A stretch of 64,000 bases of DNA from Eledone cirrhosa (taxonomy: Eukaryota). How positions within the stretch are numbered: the stretch's first letter is position 1; each line of letters starts with the position of its first letter. The notes under the pieces were generated by a model. That model was given only the letters and a program-made list of their open reading frames with translations, did not search any database and was not told where the DNA came from. This document shows, in pieces, positions 58,191-64,000 of the stretch. The stretch lies in assembly GCA_964016885.1 (NCBI GenBank), contig OZ024752.1, forward strand, positions 17,608,001 through 17,672,000. The letters run 5' to 3'. The position numbers and the translations under genes were made by a program.

Positions 58191-61100
58191 ACTCCTTCTT
58201 ATATGGTGTACAACTCCACCATTCTAATTCCTTCTTATATGGTCTACAACTCCACCATTCTAACTCCTTCTTATATGGTCTACAACTCCCCCATTCTAAT
58301 TCTTTCTTATATGGCCTACAACTCCACCATTCTAACTCCTTCTTATATGGTCTACAACTCCACCATTCTAACTCCTTCTTATATGGTCTACAACTGCACC
58401 ATTCTAACCCCTTCTTATATGGTCTACAACTCCACCATTCTAACTCCTTCTTATATGGTCTACAACTCCACCATTCTAACTCCTTCTTATATGGTCTACA
58501 ACTCCACCATTTTAATTCCTTCTTATATGGTCTACAACTCCACCATTCTAACTCCTTCTTATATGGTGTACAACTCCACCATTCTAATTCCTTCTTATAT
58601 GGTCTACAACTCCACCATTCTAATTCCTTCTTATATGGTCTACAACTCCACCCTTCTAACTCCTTCTTATATGGTCTACAACTCCACCATTCTAACTCCT
58701 TCTTATATGGTCTACAACTCCACCATTCTAATTCCTTCATATATGTGTACAACTCCACCATTCTAACTCCTTCTTATATGGTCTACAACTTCACCATTCT
58801 AACTCCTTCTTATATGGTCTAAAACTCAACCATTCTAACTCCTTCTTATATGGTGTACAACTCCACCATTCTAAGTCCTTCTTGTATGGTGTACAACTCC
58901 ACCATTCTAACTCCTTCATATATGGTCTACAACTCCACCATTCTAACTCCTTCTTATATGGTGTACAACTCCACCATTCTAATTGCTTCTTATATGGTCT
59001 ACAACTCCACCATTCTAACTCTTTCTTATATGGTCTACACCTCCACCATTCTAACTCCTTCTTATATGGTGTACAACTCCACCATTCTAATTCCTTCTTA
59101 TATGGGCTACAACTCCACCATTCTAACTCCATCTTATATGGTCTACAACTCCACCATTCTAACTCCTTCTTATATGGTCTACAACTCCACCATTCTAATT
59201 CCTTCTTATATGGTCTACAACTCCACCATTCTAATTCCTTCTTATATGGTCTACAACTCCACCATTCTAATTCCTTCTTATATGGTCTACAACTCCACCA
59301 TTCTAACTCCTTCTTATATGGTCTACAACTCCACCATTCTAACTCCTTCTTATATGGTCTACAACTGCACCATTCTAACTCCTTCTTATATGGTCTACAA
59401 CTCCACCATTCTAACTCCTTCTTATATGGTGTACAACTCCACCATTCTAACTCCTTCTTATATGGTGTACAACTCCACCATTCTAACTCCTTCTTATATG
59501 GTGTACAACTCCACCATTCTAATTCCTTCTTATACGGTCTACAACTCCACCATTCTAACTCCTTCTTATATGGTGTACAACTCCACCATTCTAATTCCTT
59601 CTTATATGGTCTACAACTCCACCATTCTAACTCCTTCTTATATGGTCTACAACTCCCCCATTCTAATTCTTTCTTATATGGTCTACAACTCCACCATTCT
59701 AACTCCTTCTTATATGGTCTACAACTCCACCATTCTAACTCCTTCTTATATGGTCTACAACTTCACCATTCTAACTCCTTCTTATATGGTCTACAACTCA
59801 ACCATTCTAACTCCTTCTTATATGGTGTACAACTCCACTATTCTAAGTCCTTCTTATATGGTGTACAACTCCACCATTCTAACTCCTTCATATATGGTCT
59901 ACAACTCCACCATTCTAACTCCTTCTTATATGGTGTACAACTCCACCATTCTAATTGCTTCTTATATGGTCTACAACTCCACCATTCTAACTCTTACTTA
60001 TATGGTCTACACCTCCACCATTCTAACTCCTTCTGATATGGTCTACAACTCCACCATTCTAAATCCTTCTGATATGGTCTACAACTCCACCATTCTACTT
60101 CCTTCTTATATGGTCTACAACTCCACTATTCTAACTCATTCTTATATGGTCTACAACTCCACCATTCTAATTCCTTCTTATATGGTCTACAACTCCCCCA
60201 TTCTAATTCTTTCTTATATGGTCTACAACTCCACCATTCTAACTCCTTCTTATATGGTCTACAACTCCACCATTCTAACTCCTTCTTATATGGTCTACAA
60301 CTTCACCATTCTAACTCCTTCTTATATGGTGTACAACTCCACCATTCTAATTCCTTCTTATATGGTCTACAACTCCACCATTCTAACTCCTTCTTATATG
60401 GTCTACAACTCCCCCATTCTAATTCTTTCTTATATGGCCTACAACTCCACCATTCTAACTCCTTCTTATATGGTCTACAACTCCACCATTCTAACTCCTT
60501 CTTATATGGTCTACAACTGCACCATTCTAACCCCTTCTTATATGGTCTACAACTCCACCATTCTAACTCCTTCTTATATGGTCTACAACTCCACCATTCT
60601 AACTCCTTCTTATATGGTCTACAACTCCACCATTTTAATTCCTTCTTATATGGTCTACAACTCCACCATTCTAACTCCTTCTTATATGGTGTACAACTCC
60701 ACCATTCTAATTCCTTCTTATATGGTCTACAACTCCACCATTCTAATTCCTTCTTATATGGTCTACAACTCCACCCTTCTAACTCCTTCTTATATGGTCT
60801 ACAACTCCACCATTCTAACTCCTTCTTATATGGTCTACAACTCCACCATTCTAATTCCTTCATATATGTGTACAACTCCACCATTCTAACTCCTTCTTAT
60901 ATGGTCTACAACTTCACCATTCTAACTCCTTCTTATATGGTCTAAAACTCAACCATTCTAACTCCTTCTTATATGGTGTACAACTCCACCATTCTAAGTC
61001 CTTCTTGTATGGTGTACAACTCCACCATTCTAACTCCTTCATATATGGTCTACAACTCCACCATTCTAACTCCTTCTTATATGGTGTACAACTCCACCAT

Positions 61101-62320
61101 TCTAATTGCTTCTTATATGGTCTACAACTCCACCATTCTAACTCTTTCTTATATGGTCTACACCTCCACCATTCTAACTCCTTCTTATATGGTGTACAAC
61201 TCCACCATTCTAATTCCTTCTTATATGGGCTACAACTCCACCATTCTAACTCCATCTTATATGGTCTACAACTCCACCATTCTAACTCCTTCTTATATGG
61301 TCTACAACTCCACCATTCTAATTCCTTCTTATATGGTCTACAACTCCACCATTCTAATTCCTTCTTATATGGTCTACAACTCCACCATTCTAATTCCTTC
61401 TTATATGGTCTACAACTCCACCATTCTAACTCCTTCTTATATGGTCTACAACTCCACCATTCTAACTCCTTCTTATATGGTCTACAACTGCACCATTCTA
61501 ACTCCTTCTTATATGGTCTACAACTCCACCATTCTAACTCCTTCTTATATGGTGTACAACTCCACCATTCTAACTCCTTCTTATATGGTGTACAACTCCA
61601 CCATTCTAACTCCTTCTTATATGGTGTACAACTCCACCATTCTAATTCCTTCTTATACGGTCTACAACTCCACCATTCTAACTCCTTCTTATATGGTGTA
61701 CAACTCCACCATTCTAATTCCTTCTTATATGGTCTACAACTCCACCATTCTAACTCCTTCTTATATGGTCTACAACTCCCCCATTCTAATTCTTTCTTAT
61801 ATGGTCTACAACTCCACCATTCTAACTCCTTCTTATATGGTCTACAACTCCACCATTCTAACTCCTTCTTATATGGTCTACAACTTCACCATTCTAACTC
61901 CTTCTTATATGGTCTACAACTCAACCATTCTAACTCCTTCTTATATGGTGTACAACTCCACTATTCTAAGTCCTTCTTATATGGTGTACAACTCCACCAT
62001 TCTAACTCCTTCATATATGGTCTACAACTCCACCATTCTAACTCCTTCTTATATGGTGTACAACTCCACCATTCTAATTGCTTCTTATATGGTCTACAAC
62101 TCCACCATTCTAACTCTTACTTATATGGTCTACACCTCCACCATTCTAACTCCTTCTGATATGGTCTACAACTCCACCATTCTAAATCCTTCTGATATGG
62201 TCTACAACTCCACCATTCTACTTCCTTCTTATATGGTCTACAACTCCACTATTCTAACTCATTCTTATATGGTCTACAACTCCACCATTCTAATTCCTTC
62301 TTATATGGTCTACAACTCCA
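58185..62320. repeat. Tandem duplication with a 2,123-bp period (59 monomers minus 1 bp)
   Basis: Offsets 58766/60889, 58791/60914, 58850/60973 and 58882/61005 all equal 2123. Both copies share the private CTTACTTAT and double TCTGAT variants. Confidence 0.92.
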
Positions 62321-63770
62321 CCATTCTAATTCCTTCGTATATGGTCTACAACTCCACCATTCTAATTCCTTCTTATATGGTCTACAACTCCACCATTCTA
62401 ACGCCTTCTTATATGGTCTACAACTCCACCATTCTAACGCCTTCTTATATGGTGTACAACTCCACCATTCTAATTCCTTCTTATATGGGCTACAACTCCA
62501 CCATTCTAACTCCATCTTATATGGTCTACAACTCCACCATTCTAACTCCTTCTTATATGGTCTACAACTCCACCATTCTAATTCCTTCTTATATGGTCTA
62601 CAACTCCACCATTCTAATTCCTTCTTATATGGTCTACAACTCCACCATTCTAACTCCTTCTTATATGGTCTACAACTCCACCATTCTAACTCCTTCTTAT
62701 ATGGTCTACAACTGCACCATTCTAACTCCTTCTTATATGGTCTACAACTCCACCATTCTAACTCCTTCTTATATGGTGTACAACTCCACCATTCTAACTC
62801 CTTCTTATATGGTGTACAACTCCACCATTCTAATTCCTTCTTATATGGTCTACAACTCCACCATTCTAATTCCTTCTTATATGGTCTACAACTCCACCAT
62901 TCTAACTCCTTCTTATATGGTGTACAACTCCACCATTCTAATTCCTTATTATATGGTCTACAACTCCACCATTCTAACTCCTTCTTATATGGTCTACAAC
63001 TCCCCCATTCTAATTCTTTCTTATATGGCCTACAACTCCACCATTCTAACTCCTTCTTATATGGTCTACAACTCCACCATTCTAACTCCTCTTATATGGT
63101 CTACAACTGCACCATTCTAACCCCTTCTTATATGGTCTACAACTCCACCATTCTAACTCCTTCTTATATGGACTACAACTCCACCATTCTAACTCCTTCT
63201 TATATGGTCTACAACTCCACCATTCTAATTCCTTCTTATATGGTCTACAACTCCACCATTCTAACTCCTTCTTATATGGTGTACAACTCCACCATTCTAA
63301 TTCCTTCTTATATGGTCTACAACTCCACCATTCTAATTCCTTCTTATATGGTCTACAACTCCACCCTTCTAACTCCTTCATATATGGTCTACAACTCCAC
63401 CATTCTAACTCCTTCTTATATGGTCTACAACTCCACCATTCTATCTCCTTCTTATATGGTCTACAACTCCACCATGCTAACTCCCTCTTATATGGTCTAC
63501 AACTCTACCATTCTAACTCATTCCTATATGTTCTACAACTCCACCATTCTAACTCCTTCTTATATGGTCTAGAACTCCACCATACTAACTCCTTCTTATA
63601 TGGTCTACAACTCCACCATTCTAACTCCTTCTCATATGGTGTACAACTCCACCATTCTAACTCCTTCTTATATGGTCTACAACTCCACCATTCTAACTCC
63701 TTCTTATATGGTCTACAACTCCACCATTCTAATTCCTTCATATATGTGTACAACTCCACCATTCTAACTC
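61250..63770. repeat. Long-range copy of block about 47600-50160 (offset about 13.6 kb)
   Basis: Offsets 48523/62159 and 48613/62249=13636; 49520/63120=13600; 49971/63572=13601. The CCTCTTAT 1-bp deletion is present at about 49490 and 63090. Confidence 0.85.
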
Positions 63771-64000
63771 CTTCTTATATGGTCTACAACTTCACCATTC
63801 TAACTCCTTCTTATATGGTCTACAACTCAACCATTCTAACTCCTTCTTATATGGTGTACAACTCCACCATTCTAAGTCCTTCTTATATGGTGTACAACTC
63901 CACCATTCTAACTCCTTCATATATGGTCTACAACTCCACCATTCTAACTCCTTCTTATATGGTGTACAACTCCACCATTCTAATTGCTTCTTATATGGTC

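Larger units (their letters stand above)
1..64000. repeat. 36-bp tandem satellite/minisatellite array, consensus ATGGTCTACAACTCCACCATTCTAACTCCTTCTTAT, about 1,779 copies, extending beyond both window edges
   Basis: Seen directly in every line. First ATG register is at 18 and last at 63995; (63995-18)+19x3+10x1=64044=1779x36 exactly. Monomers differ from consensus by about 0-3 substitutions. The commonest variants are GTC/GTG, ACT/ATT and TCT/TCA. Confidence 0.99.

Noticed and set aside
1-64000. CRISPR array (36 bp matches type II/VI repeat length)
   Set aside because: The monomers abut directly with no unique spacers; there is no leader, cas gene or convincing repeat hairpin.
1-64000. Telomerase-synthesised telomeric repeat
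   Set aside because: There is no canonical TTAGG/TTAGGG/TTTAGGG motif, and variants are inherited in multi-kb blocks, which indicates recombinational copying rather than templated addition. A subtelomeric location is not excluded.
1-64000. TALE-like or PRDM9-like coded repeat protein, or a diversity-generating cassette system
   Set aside because: The unit is 12 codons with no known fold motif. Variation is scattered over most positions and explained by block duplication, and no recombinase or reverse transcriptase gene is present.
1-64000. TATA-like TTATAT/TATATG in each monomer as promoters
   Set aside because: It is not a canonical TATAWAWR box, is simply part of the repeat, and has no downstream gene.
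1-64000. Synthetic sequence or rolling-circle sequencing concatemer artefact
   Set aside because: Nested, shared rare variants with positional turnover imply a hierarchical duplication history rather than random read errors around one template. Individual perfect doublets could still be assembly artefacts.

Overview
The whole 64-kb window is one uninterrupted, single-orientation, head-to-tail array of a 36-bp monomer (consensus ATGGTCTACAACTCCACCATTCTAACTCCTTCTTAT, 39% GC, 12 C vs 2 G on the + strand). Register arithmetic gives 1,779 complete monomers between positions 18 and 63994, including 19 monomers of 33 bp and 10 of 35 bp. The array runs off both ends of the window. I see no unique sequence, recognisable gene, RNA gene, transposon, inversion or CRISPR spacer. 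The giant ORFs in the track arise because the monomer length is a multiple of 3 and three of six frames are stop-free; they are most probably not genes. The informative structure lies in the order of monomer variants. It shows nested, irregular higher-order duplications (141 bp to about 13.6 kb), a left-to-right turnover of variant families, a partition of indel classes (only 3-bp deletions before 42.6 kb, only 1-bp deletions after 49.4 kb), a recurrently mutated monomer position and recombinant monomers. The best reading is a homogeneous, recently amplified satellite/minisatellite array, probably eukaryotic (inference). I cannot support a novel gene system from this window alone.
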